DNA from: an uncultured Candidatus Rokubacteria bacterium
GTDB taxonomy: Bacteria > Methylomirabilota > Methylomirabilia > Rokubacteriales > DASRDR01
Assembly (NCBI GenBank): GCA_963826115.1
Contig: CAWGVS010000004.1
Span: 1-64,000 of the forward strand
DNA length: 64,000 nt
Reading direction: 5' to 3'
Shown: positions 1 through 9,853 of the stretch, in pieces
Layout of the letters: each line of letters begins with the position of its first letter
Numbering within the stretch: position 1 is the stretch's first letter
Program-made: the position numbers and the translations under genes
The notes under the pieces: generated by a model
Told to the model about the DNA's origin: nothing
Databases searched by the model: none
Seen by the model: only the letters and a program-made list of their open reading frames with translations

Positions 1-1581
1 CTATTCTGTTGAACAACTCGTTGTTTGGCCAGCGCGGTATCGCCGCGAACGCTGGGCAGGCAGAGGATCGGTGACTTGGGGGCGCTCGATTCTGGGCTGG
101 CGAGCTGTTCTTCGCCGATTTAGATCGCCATTCTTGCTGTTTCTGGTTCTGCCGGGCACAACCACTTCGCCATTCGTCGTAGGTTCTGCGCGGTTGCCGC
201 CAGAAGAAACTCGTCGTGAGCCCCACTCGGTCCGCGCAATCGCAGTCGATCAAGCTTCAGGATCCGCTTGAGGTGGGCGAAGAGCATCTCGACCTTCTTG
301 CGATCCCTGCGTGATTGCTTATAAGCATCGGTCTTGGCAACGTCGCGAGCGACATCCCGTGCCGATTCATGGACGCTGCGGGCGATCTTCCGAGTCGGTG
401 TGTTCGGACAGCAACGTGACTTCATCGGGCACTTGCTGCAAGCGGCTTGGCTGGCGTGATAGATGATGGTGTTTGCCTTGGTGATGCGCGTTCGCGGGCG
501 TTTGAAGATCCGCCATTCACTCCGTAGCGGCTGCCCCTGCGGGCAGCGGTATTCGTTGGCCTGTTCATCCCATTCGAAGTCGCTGCTGGATAGCGTTTCG
601 TCGCTGCGTTGGGTCTTGTCCCACACCGACACATGCGGCTCGATCTGCTTCTCGTCGACCATCCACCCCAGAATTTCTGCCGTGCCGTAATTGGTGTCGC
701 CGATCAGCCGCTGCGGCTTGAGATCAAACCGCGTCTCAACCCGCTCGATCATCGTCTTGGTGGCGTTGATTTCATCGAGCTTGTGGGCGGGTGTCGCCTC
801 AACGTCAACCACAATGCCCGCGGCAATGTCGATCAGGTAGTTCGCCGAGTAGGCGTAGAACGCCGGTCCCCAGGCGGCACTCCACTGCGCCGCCGGATCG
901 GTCAGCGAGATGTTCTTCGGTGTGCTCTTCTCCAGCTCGGACTGATCCAAGGCCGCCAGATACTCGCGCACCGGGCGGCTGATCGATGGCTGGTTCGACC
1001 AGTCGGCCTCGGCGCCAGGCACGCCACGCTGACGGTTGGCATCCGCCTTCACCAAGCTGGCATCGATGGCGAACCCTTCGCCACCCACCAGCCCCTCCCG
1101 CACGCAGCGCTCCAGCACCTGCTCGAACACGAAACGCAGCGTGTCGCTGTCCCGGAAACGGCCATGCCGGTTCTTGGAGAACGTCGAGTGATCCGGCACC
1201 GGGTCTTCCAATCCCAGCCGGCAGAACCAGCGGTACGCCAGGTTCAGGTGGACTTCCTCGCACAGCTGCCGCTCGGATCGGATGCCGAAGCAGTAGCCCA
1301 CGATCAACATGCGAATCAGCAGCTGCGGGTCAATCGAGGGGCGACCGGTATGGCTGTAGTACGGGGCGAGGTGGCGATGCAGGTCGCCGAGGTCGAGGAA
1401 CTGATCAATCCCGCGCAGCAGATGATCCGCAGGGACGTGATCGTCGAGATTGAATGAGTAGAACAGCTGCTTCTGGCCGCCACGCTGTCGTCCCATCATT
1501 CCCGCGTCTCCCTCTTCGAACATCTTGGCTTCAACATAGCCAAGAACCGATCAAATTCAAGGGAGTTTTTCAACAGAATAG
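1..1581 (-). mobile_element. IS1182-family insertion sequence, complete
   Basis: 19-bp terminal inverted repeats: 1-19 CTATTCTGTTGAACAACTC vs reverse complement of 1563-1581 CTATTCTGTTGAAAAACTC (18/19), enclosing one transposase ORF. Confidence 0.92.
120..1499 (-). CDS. IS1182-family DDE transposase
   Basis: N-terminal GRPSIDP...GIRSERQLC...AYRWFC...PDHSTFS, AIDASLVKA, IGDTNYG, Cys cluster and C-terminal RKKVEMLFAHLK; likely start MMGRQ. Confidence 0.93.
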   Translation of the reverse strand: MMGRQRGGQKQLFYSFNLDDHVPADHLLRGIDQFLDLGDLHRHLAPYYSHTGRPSIDPQLLIRMLIVGYCFGIRSERQLCEEVHLNLAYRWFCRLGLEDPVPDHSTFSKNRHGRFRDSDTLRFVFEQVLERCVREGLVGGEGFAIDASLVKADANRQRGVPGAEADWSNQPSISRPVREYLAALDQSELEKSTPKNISLTDPAAQWSAAWGPAFYAYSANYLIDIAAGIVVDVEATPAHKLDEINATKTMIERVETRFDLKPQRLIGDTNYGTAEILGWMVDEKQIEPHVSVWDKTQRSDETLSSSDFEWDEQANEYRCPQGQPLRSEWRIFKRPRTRITKANTIIYHASQAACSKCPMKSRCCPNTPTRKIARSVHESARDVARDVAKTDAYKQSRRDRKKVEMLFAHLKRILKLDRLRLRGPSGAHDEFLLAATAQNLRRMAKWLCPAEPETARMAI

Positions 1582-1705
1582 ACCCATCAGAGACGCTCGG
1601 CAGATGCCAAAGCGGACCTCGCCCAGTCGGCTCAACCTGGCCTGCGTCAGGCCTGAGTTCCGGAACCTCGGTCATCAGGGACTTCGCACCAGATCGCGGC
1701 GCTGG

Positions 1706-2916
1706 TCATTGGAGGATGTCCAGCGCCGGCAGACCCGACGTTCCATCGATGCAATGCCACAGGTAGACCGCGAGGCCCGGGTCGCCGGTCCACAGCGTGT
1801 AGCGGCCGCGCCCGTACTGCTGCCGCATGCGATCCCTCTGTGCGATCGCGTGCATCGCGAAGGCGCGCGCGCGTTCCAGCCACAGGCGATCGCCGGTGCG
1901 CTGGTACAGCTTGAGGAATGCGTAGCCGTTGCCCGCCGTGCCGTGGCACAGGCCGGGGCCTTTGGTCAGCGGCCCGGCGTGCCAGATCGCGTGGCCGGCA
2001 CCGATCAGCATCGCGTCCATGTCGGGCGACCGCTGCGGCGGAAAGTCCGCCAGCGCGGTCACGATGCCGGGCGCGCCGTGGCACCACTGCATCGAGATGC
2101 TCGTCCGACCCGGTCGCGGGGCGTAGGTGCCGTCGGGCCAGTTGACGGCGCCATCTTCGATCTTCGCGGTGGCACGCAGCGTCGCAACGCAGCGCTCGTA
2201 GAGCGTTTCGCGGCGGTCCGCATCGAGCAGCGACGCGCCCTTCAGCAACGGATAGACATTGCCCGCGAAGCCGTGGGCGGCGCCGAGGTACTGCACGACC
2301 TTGCGGTCTACAGATGCTGGGTCCACAGGTGGCACTGCGCCTTCGCGTCGAAGACCCAGGTCCGCCAGAGCTGCTCGACGTTGTCCAGGAAGAGCTCGCG
2401 CCAGCGTGCCTCGCCGGTCGCTTGCCACAGGTGCCAGGCCGCAACCATGGTGCCGGGCGCGGCCCACAACGCCTCGTTGGTCGGGTTCCGATGTTCGACG
2501 CGACCGACGCGAAAAGTCGATCCGCCGCTCGCGTCGACCCGTCAAGCGCCACCGCACGAGCAGGATGCCCACTTCGCCCAGGTAGTAGGACGGCACGACC
2601 TTCCCGGTGTCGGGATCGGCCTGGTACGCGGCGTCGACCTGCCGATGCCTTCCCTCGGATCGCTGCCCAGCTCCGCCGCACCCTCGCGCTGCAGGTACCA
2701 CAGCGCCCAAAGCACGCCGGCGCTGCCGAGGTAGAGGCCCTTGAAGCCGGCTCGCGGCACGTCGCCTTCGTCGTCGAGCGGATGCAGGGGCCAGTGACCG
2801 TCGGGAAGGCGATTCTGCTCGACGTCGCGGACGATGGATTGGATGGCCTCGCGCGCGCGGGACGCATCCCAGGCGGTGTCGCCGAGCGCTTCGTGGCGAT
2901 CGGGTTCGAAGAGCAT
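1706..2916 (-). pseudogene. Stand-alone LanC-like (lanthionine synthetase C family) protein, about 4 frameshifts
   Basis: MLFEPDRHE start at 2916; motifs GLYLGSAG, GAAHGFAG, QWCHGAPG, GLCHGTAG are spread across frames, with shifts near 2638, 2530, 2487 and 2308. Confidence 0.85.
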
Positions 2917-3393
2917 GGGATGGCGGTGCGAATGGGACCTTGGCTGCTTGGACGACGAGCGTACTGCAGCGAGCAGATGGTGAACAGCCACCGCTAAGAC
3001 CGCTTTGTAGCGTATTGGGCTACGACTGGACTTGCGATAGTGTGAGTTCCCGACGACACCCGCTAGCCGCCGTTCGCGTCAGAGGCTAACAACTCCAAGG
3101 GCGGCTATCGGCGACTCGGGGGAATCTCAGCTCGCGGCCAACACCGGCCGCAGGGTTATGTCGCCGATAACGGTCGTTCGCTGGCGTAATCGTCCCGAAG
3201 CCGTCACGCGTTCTAAACCGGTCATTCTCCCTTAACTTGATTCTAGCCCTTGCTCAGGCCCCCGCTCGGGCACCCACGTAGGGTGGCGCCCGCTACAGAG
3301 CACGCTGATCTTCCTCGAAACGGTACAGTGGCGTAGGCTACTGTCGATCGCTGTGCTGTCGTAGCGCCTGGGAGTGGCAAGGGAGGGAGGCGG

Positions 3394-4351
3394 ATGGGAC
3401 GGGGCGCAAGATCTGCAAAGACCAAGGTCGAGGCAAGGTCAACTCTCCCCAGGAAATCGCGGAAGGTCGACGACTCTACCGGCCGCAGGTCAAGCAGCGC
3501 CCCGCGGAGGCATTGGAACAACACGCCGCGATCGGCGAGCTCCTGCAGGTGATCTCCGCTTCGCCGAGCGACGTGCAGCCTGTGCTCGACGCTGTCGCCG
3601 AACGGGCGGCCCGTCTGTGCGAAGCGCTCCTCGCACGGGTGTTGCTCGTCGATCGCGACCTCTTGCGTCCCATGGCCGAGTATTCGCTCGATGGTGCGTC
3701 CCAGGCGCGCACGGCTTCGCTCCCGTTGAGGCGGTCGTCCATCGTCGGTCGCGCAGTTATCGACCGCGCAACCATTCATCACGCCGACGTCGTTCCGTTG
3801 CTCGACAGCGAGTACCCGGACGCGGTAAACGCGCGGCGGCTCGGGTTTCGTGCCGTGCTCGCAGTACCACTGATGCGGGCAGGCAACGCCTACGGTGCGA
3901 TCTTGCTCTGGCGCCGCGAGCCCGGACTGTTCTCGCCCGAGCAGGTTGCGCTGGTGGGTACATTTGCGCAGCAGGTGGCAATTACCGTCGACAACGTACG
4001 CTTGTTCAAGGCGACAAAGGAGGCGCTCGAAAGGCAAACGGCGACCAGCGAGATCCTGCAGGGTGATCTCTCCGCTTCGCCGAGCGACGTGCAGCCGTAT
4101 CGACGCTGTCGCCGAACGGGCGGCCCGTCTGTGCGAAGCGCCCCTTGCACGGGTGTTGCTCGTCGATGGCGACCTCTTGCGCCCGATGGCCGCGTATTCG
4201 CTCGATGGTACGTCCCAGGTACGCACGGCTTCGCTCCCGTTAAAGCGGACGACCATCGTCGGACGCGCGCAGTTCTCGACCGCGCAACCATTCATCACGC
4301 CGACGTTGTTCCGTTGCTCGACAGCGAGTACCCGGACGCAGTAAACGCGCG
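3394..4351 (+). pseudogene. Multi-GAF sensor protein N-terminal part, frameshifted and truncated
   Basis: GGAGG RBS then MGRGARSAK...; repeated EALEQ/ERQTATSEIL-VISASPSDVQPV..AVAERAARLC GAF units; breaks off at about 4351. Confidence 0.8.
3535..4351 (+). repeat. Near-identical direct repeat of GAF-coding unit (about 3535-3833 and about 4049-4351)
   Basis: Shared runs such as gtgatct(ct)ccgcttcgccgagcgacgtgcagcc and ttccgttgctcgacagcgagtacccggacgc occur in both copies. Confidence 0.85.
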
Positions 4352-6125
4352 TCGGAATGCCGAGGGGCGCGCGTCGTTGCCTCCACTCGAGCGTACCGAC
4401 CGGTGAGATGGCGGCCCGCGTGCCGTGCGCCGCCCGGGGCGCCAGCACCACGAGGGGATCGGTGCCCCCGCCGCGGCGCAGGTTCTCGGCGTGCCCGAGC
4501 TCGGGCTCCAGCGCGTCGAGCAGCCGCCGCGCGGGCACACGGGTGTCGCCGCCGCTGCTCCCGAGCGTGAACGTCTCGTGCCACGAGATGTCGTGTAGGA
4601 ACGTCTCGACGGTCAAGCGGCCCGAGATCACGATCGGCCCGGGGCCGTCGATGGTGCCGTCGAGCCGGATACCGGCAAAAGTGAGCCCCAGGGCATACAC
4701 GCGGAAGCCCGCCGAGCAGACGGCGTGGAAGTGGAACGGCGTGAACTGGATCAGCGCGTCCAGCGCGAGGAAGCCGGCAGCCCCAACGCCCGCCGCGTCG
4801 AACGCACACTCGAGGCTCCCGCCGAACTGCAGGGTGTTGGTCGTGACCGCGAAGTAGCCCTCGACCCGTACGGAGACTCCCGGTACGGGGGCATCGAGAG
4901 CGAGCCCCACGCGGCGCAGCGGGGGAAGCTGAGCCGGCTCGGGATTGAAGCCCGGATAGAAGCCGCCCACCGTGAGCAGCGTGTACGGGCGGTCGCCGTA
5001 CGAGAGACGGAATGCGGCGTCGCCGGCGATCGTGAAGATGCCGAGCGCACCGCTGTCCACCAGTGTGGCGTCGAAGCCCGTCTGGCGTTGCGCGAAGTCG
5101 ATCCAGCCCAGCAGGTCAAGGCGTAGACGGAGTAGCGGAACTGGCCCCGGGATTCCGGCGCGGGCCACGCCGAGGAGCAGGAGGCGCGAGGGCCCCGGGA
5201 ACTCGATCAGCACGCCGAGGTCGAAGCTGACGAACGTGGCGTCCGCGATCTTGAGCCAGGAGAGTTGGAAGGTCGGCCCGACAAGGTGCGCTCCGCGCGC
5301 GGGCGGAAACATCTGCTCGGCCGCTGGCAAGAGGCGCGCCGCCTCGTGCAGCGGATCCGAGGCGAACAGCACGTCGCCCGCGGTCCCGGAGCGCAACTGG
5401 GTGGCGAGCGCCGCCGAATCTGCGCGGCGATTCGTGCCGATCACGCCCCCGGCGCGCGTGATCGCGAAGCCGAAACCGAGTTGGATCCCCGGCGTGAACG
5501 CGACGCCGATGATCGCGAGGAAACTCGCGTCACCTGTGGCCGGCATGCGGCGAAGCGAAGCGAGCGCGCTCACCTCCACGGCGCCGAGCGAGAGTGAGAG
5601 CACACCGGCAATGCCGTCGCCCAGTACGCGGAGCGCGCCGCCCCCGCCGAGTGCGCCTCCGAGCTTCGCCCCGATCAGATCGGGCCGCGCCGGGCCGATG
5701 ACGACCGGTGCCAGGGCGAACGACGGGTGCCGGACCACGACCGGCGCGCCGAGCGTCAGCTCTACCGGGCCCAGGCTGCTCGTGCCACGGAAGCCGAGCG
5801 GATCGTCCCACGAGAGGCGTCGGGCGACGTCGTCGAGCCCCGGCAGCGACGGCAGCCCGGCGGTGAGATATCCCGCCAGGCGGTTCTTGATGTCGTTCTG
5901 CGCCTGCTGCCACCCGGCCAGCGCGCTGTGCCACTGCTGCTCGAGGACGGCCGGAATCGGTTGCCCCGCCGTCATCAACGCCTCGACATCGTGGGTGACC
6001 AAGTCGAGGGCTGTGCCGGCCGCTAGGAACGCCTGCAGCGAGGGCTCGGTCACGAGGGATGCCGGGCGGCCTCCGAGCGTGCTGACGACGTCGCGGGCGT
6101 AGTCGAGGACGCTGTCGGGATTCAC
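4352..6125 (-). pseudogene. DUF6603-like beta-rich large protein, 3'-truncated
   Basis: GTG start at 6125; motifs GIQLGFGFAITRAGG, LTVGGFYPGF, EGYFAVTTNTLQFGG, DALIQFTPFHF, GTIDGPGP recalled as DUF6603-like; after PLGIP the ORF runs into antisense GAF sequence. Confidence 0.65.
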
Positions 6126-6537
6126 TCCGCCTCTGCGGCGGGCATCGCCAAGGTCGTTAGGTTCGCGGAGAGGCTGCACTCGTGCAGGACATACGAGCCA
6201 GCGCGGGGTGTGTACCCTGGTCTCTTCACAACGCCGATGGGGTCATCGGCACGGGCCATACTGCCGATCATGCCAAGTCGACGGGAACGGGTCAAACGAC
6301 GGTCCGAGGCAGACGACACGTCAGCGGAGCGCGGTATTCTCTCCGGGGCGCGCGTCAACGCTTCGCCGTCACGGGCGGTGCACAGGCCTCTAGCCCCATC
6401 TCGGCGAACAGACGGGCGGTCGTCGCCAGGTGCGCGGCTTGACGCCTCGAACCCACCCACCTCCCGTCGCCGATCTCACGTAACTCGTGACCGTGCAAGG
6501 TCTACCCAGTACGTTGCGGGCACCGTGTAGCATTCTG

Positions 6538-6558
6538 CAAATCCAGCCCCCGCAACCA
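6538..6558 (+). other. tRNA-fMet-type 3'-end fragment, putative att site
   Basis: CAAATCCAGCCCCCGCAACCA is the T-arm 3' half plus acceptor/CCA typical of initiator tRNA-Met; no 5' half upstream. Confidence 0.7.
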
Positions 6559-6706
6559 GGTAAACAAGGGGTTACGGCAACCACCGTATGCCGTTGGGTT
6601 GTCGAGGCAAGGTTCAGCTCTAAATTGCCGTAAAAGCCCTGATCGTCCACGGACAGGTCGCCGAGACATGGCTCTCGGCCTTGCGCACCTGAGGGAGGAT
6701 GTCTCG

Positions 6707-7378
6707 ATGAGAGAGACGTGGGACTTCTCCATGCCGCTCGCGGAGGCCATGACGACGCAGCGCGCGGTGAGGCGCCTCAAGCCTGATCCGGTGGACGACG
6801 CGCTCGTGCTGCGGCTCATCGAGCTCGCGCTGAAGGCACCGAGCGGGTCGAACGCCCAGAACTGGGAGTTCATCGTCGTGCGCGATCCCGACGTGAAGGC
6901 CAAGCTCGCGCGCCGCAACCGCCAGGCCTGGCGGCTGTACGGCGGGCTCGGGCGCTGGCTCACGCGCCATGACCCGAAGATGTCCCGGGTGCTCGACGCG
7001 GTGCAGTGGCAGGCGGACCACTTCGAGGAGATCCCGGTGATCGTCGTGGCCTGCCTGCGCGGGCCCCGGCTCTGGTTCCCACCGCTCGCGACGGCTTCGT
7101 ACTACGGTTCGGTCTTCCCCGCGGTGCAGAACCTGCTGCTCGCCGCGCGCGCCGTGAACCTCGGCGCGGCGCTGATCACGCTGCCGCTGTGGAGCACCTG
7201 ATCGGCGCGGCGCATCCTCGGCTGCCCCTGGAGCGTACGGCCCTGCGCGGTGATCCCGCTCGGCTGGCCGCGCGGCCGCTACGGCCCGACGACGCGCCGG
7301 CCGGTGGGCGAGGTGGTCTCGCTCGACCGCTATGGGCAACGGCCTTGGAAGGGTGCTCCGCTCACGCGCGGCTCGTGA
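6707..7378 (+). pseudogene. Nitroreductase family protein with in-frame TGA at 7199-7201
   Basis: GGGAGGA RBS, QRAVRR, APSGSNAQNWEFIVVRD, FPAVQNLLLAARA; the expected C-terminal AVIPLGWP...RRPVGEVV continues in frame after the TGA. Confidence 0.85.
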
Positions 7379-7504
7379 TGCGAGATGCGGGACGGCGACG
7401 AGAGGAGATTCCTGGCCTCTTGTCGACGGGCGGGCGGCGCCGGTATCGTCCCACAAGACGAAGGGCGAAACAGGAGGTCCGACCGCGCGAGGTGGGTGCT
7501 GCGT

Positions 7505-7527
7505 GTGTACCCGGTCGTGTACCCGGT
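7505..7527 (+). repeat. Tandem 11-bp direct repeat GTGTACCCGGT, possible integrase arm-type sites
   Basis: Exact copies at 7505-7515 and 7517-7527, about 100 bp before the tRNA-Asp fragment. Confidence 0.5.
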
Positions 7528-7629
7528 GAGGCGTCGGAACCCGCCCGCGCGGGCCCACGCGATCCAACGAGATTCGCGAAAACTCCTTGGCAAGTGTGGG
7601 TGGGAACGCACACCTCTGAGCATGGCCCA

Positions 7630-7677
7630 GGCCTGTCAAGCCAGAGGCCGCGGGTTCAAGTCCCGTCGACCCCGCCA
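7630..7677 (+). tRNA. tRNA-Asp(GTC) 3' half only, putative attR
   Basis: GGCCTGTCAAGCCAGAGGCCGCGGGTTCAAGTCCCGTCGACCCCGCCA has anticodon arm GTC, T-arm GGTTCAAGTCC and CCA; no matching 5' acceptor/D-arm upstream. Confidence 0.85.
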
Positions 7678-7765
7678 TATCCGAGCGTGAAGGGGGTGGC
7701 CCGCGCCACCCCCTTCGACCGTTGACCCGAGACGGCGTCCGCCGACCGCGCGATTCCGCGATCCG

Positions 7766-9004
7766 ATGATCCTCGCCGCCTTCCGCGTCCGGAGCTTCCG
7801 CTTCCAGTGGTCCGCCGATCTCCTGACATCCTGGGCGTTCGAGATGGAGACGGTCGTCCTCGGCTGGTACGTCGTGACCCACACGGGCTCGGTGGTGCTG
7901 CTCACGATCTTCGGCTCGCTCCAGTACGTGGGGACGCTGGTGGCCCCGCTGTTCGGCGTGCTGGGCGACCGGTTCGGCGGCCGGGCGATGCTCTGCGGAA
8001 TGCGCGCGATCTACGTGGCGGTGGCCGGGGCGCTGGCGGCCCTCGCCCTCGCCGGGCTCGTGACGCCAGGGTGGGTGCTCGTCCTCGCCGCGCTCGGCGG
8101 CATCGTGCGGCCGAACGACCTCGCCATGCGGAACACGCTGATCGGCGCGACCATTCCGGCGGGCCACCTGATGGGCGCGCTCGGGCTCTCGCGCGCGACG
8201 GCCGATTCCGCGCGGATCGTGGGCGCTCTCGCGGGGGCGACGCTGTCGTCGACGCTCGGCCTCGGGGCCACGTACCTCTTCGTCGCGGCCTTCTATCTCG
8301 CGAGCCTCGGGCTCACGCTCGGCGTGTCCCGGGGCCCGTCCCGGACCGAGACGGCGGGCCCGGCGCGGCCGGGCTCCGCGCTGGCCGGCACGGGGCGCGA
8401 TCTCCGGGAGGGCGTCGCGCACGTCGCGCGGACGCCGGTCCTGCTCGCGATGGTCCTGCTGGCCTTCCTCATCAACCTGACCGCCTATCCCACGACGAAC
8501 GGGCTCCTCCCGTACGTCGCCCAGCGCATCTACCTCGTGGACGCCACCGGGCTCGGCTGGCTGGTGGCGAGCTTCGCCGGCGGCGGGCTGCTGGCCTCGA
8601 TCGCCACCGTGCTCACGACCGGCTTCCGGCATCCGGAGCGCGCGACCGTCGTGGCGATCGCCGTCTGGCACGCGGCGCTCCTGGCCTTCGGCCACGTGGA
8701 GTCCATGGGCGCGGGGATGGTCACGCTCTTCCTCGCCGGCTGCGCGCAGAACGTGGCGGTGATCGGGATCGTGGCGGCGATCCTCGGGAGCGCCGAGCCG
8801 GGCTTGCGCGGGCGGGTCCTGGGCGTGCGCACGCTCGCCATCTACGGGTTGCCCCTGGGGCTCCTCGTGGCGGGCGTGCTGATCGAGCGGGTGGGCTTCC
8901 CGTGGACCAACACCGTGTTCGCGCTGGTCGGGCTGCTGGTGACCGGCGGGATCGGGCTCCGCTGGCGCGACGCCCTCTGGCACCGGCCGCGGGCGCGGGC
9001 GTGA
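7766..9004 (+). CDS. MFS transporter
   Basis: 412 aa, about 12 hydrophobic segments, GVLGDRFGGR motif A. Confidence 0.9.
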   Translation: MILAAFRVRSFRFQWSADLLTSWAFEMETVVLGWYVVTHTGSVVLLTIFGSLQYVGTLVAPLFGVLGDRFGGRAMLCGMRAIYVAVAGALAALALAGLVTPGWVLVLAALGGIVRPNDLAMRNTLIGATIPAGHLMGALGLSRATADSARIVGALAGATLSSTLGLGATYLFVAAFYLASLGLTLGVSRGPSRTETAGPARPGSALAGTGRDLREGVAHVARTPVLLAMVLLAFLINLTAYPTTNGLLPYVAQRIYLVDATGLGWLVASFAGGGLLASIATVLTTGFRHPERATVVAIAVWHAALLAFGHVESMGAGMVTLFLAGCAQNVAVIGIVAAILGSAEPGLRGRVLGVRTLAIYGLPLGLLVAGVLIERVGFPWTNTVFALVGLLVTGGIGLRWRDALWHRPRARA

Positions 9005-9070
9005 CGGGCCGATAGGCTAGACTCGGGCGCGGGCCCCCGCCCTCATCCCTCACGAGCAAGGAGACGCGTC

Positions 9071-9850
9071 ATGCGCGGCAAGCGGATCAAGGACAAGCTC
9101 CGGGCCGGTCAGCCGGTCTTCACCACCGGCCTCAAGTTCCACGCCCCGCGCCTGGTCGAGATGCTGGCGCGGAGCGGCGCCGACCAGATCTTCCTCGACG
9201 CCGAGCACGGCCCGATCACGGAAGGCGAGTGCGAGGAGATGGTCCGCGCCGCCGACCTCCACGACGTCCCGGTCATGATCCGCGTCCCGGCGAACGAGCC
9301 CCACGTGATCCTCCGGTACCTCGACATCGGAACGTCCGCGATCATGGCGCCCCACGTGACCACGCGGGCCGACGCCGAGCGCGTGGTGGCGGCCGTGAAG
9401 TACCCGCCGGAGGGGACGCGGAGCTTCGCCCCGGGGCGCGGCGCCGAGCTCCTCGGGCTGACGCCGCTCGAGTACGTCCGGCGCTCGAACGCGGAGACGG
9501 TGGTCTTCGCCCTCTTCGAGGACGTCGCCGGGATCGACAACGTCGACGCCATCTGCCAGGTCCCGGGCCTCGACGGCGTGGCGGTCGGCGCCTACGACCT
9601 CGCGGCCTCGATGGGCCACCCGGGCGAGCCGTGGCGCGACGACGTCCAGGCGGTGGTCGAGCGCGTGCTCCAGGCGTGCCGCCGGCACCGCATGCCGTTC
9701 GGGACCGTGCCGCGGGACCGGGCCGACCTCCGGCGCCAGATCGAGCGCGGTTGCCAGCTGATCACGGTCTCGACGCTCGAGTGGGGGATCCAGGCGACGC
9801 GCGACGCCGTCTCGGAGCTGGGCGGGCTCGGCCCGCGAGCCAGCGGGTAG
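9071..9850 (+). CDS. HpcH/HpaI aldolase family protein
   Basis: FLDAEHGP, IMAPHV, KYPPEGTRS, GAYDLAASMG. Confidence 0.9.
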   Translation: MRGKRIKDKLRAGQPVFTTGLKFHAPRLVEMLARSGADQIFLDAEHGPITEGECEEMVRAADLHDVPVMIRVPANEPHVILRYLDIGTSAIMAPHVTTRADAERVVAAVKYPPEGTRSFAPGRGAELLGLTPLEYVRRSNAETVVFALFEDVAGIDNVDAICQVPGLDGVAVGAYDLAASMGHPGEPWRDDVQAVVERVLQACRRHRMPFGTVPRDRADLRRQIERGCQLITVSTLEWGIQATRDAVSELGGLGPRASG

Positions 9851-9853
9851 GGG

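Noticed and set aside
3243-6179. 978-aa ORF as a single real protein
   Set aside because: Its last about 370 aa are the antisense reading of the GAF gene and its upstream region; chimeric
7600-7677. Complete tRNA-Asp gene
   Set aside because: No 5' strand complementary to the acceptor and no D-arm upstream of 7630
6620-8983. Many long Arg/Gly/Pro-rich alternative-frame ORFs (e.g. 6620-8983, 17410-19971, 17568-19988, 39677-42022, 56178-58316)
   Set aside because: Shadow ORFs of high-GC genes; they overlap well-supported genes and lack motifs
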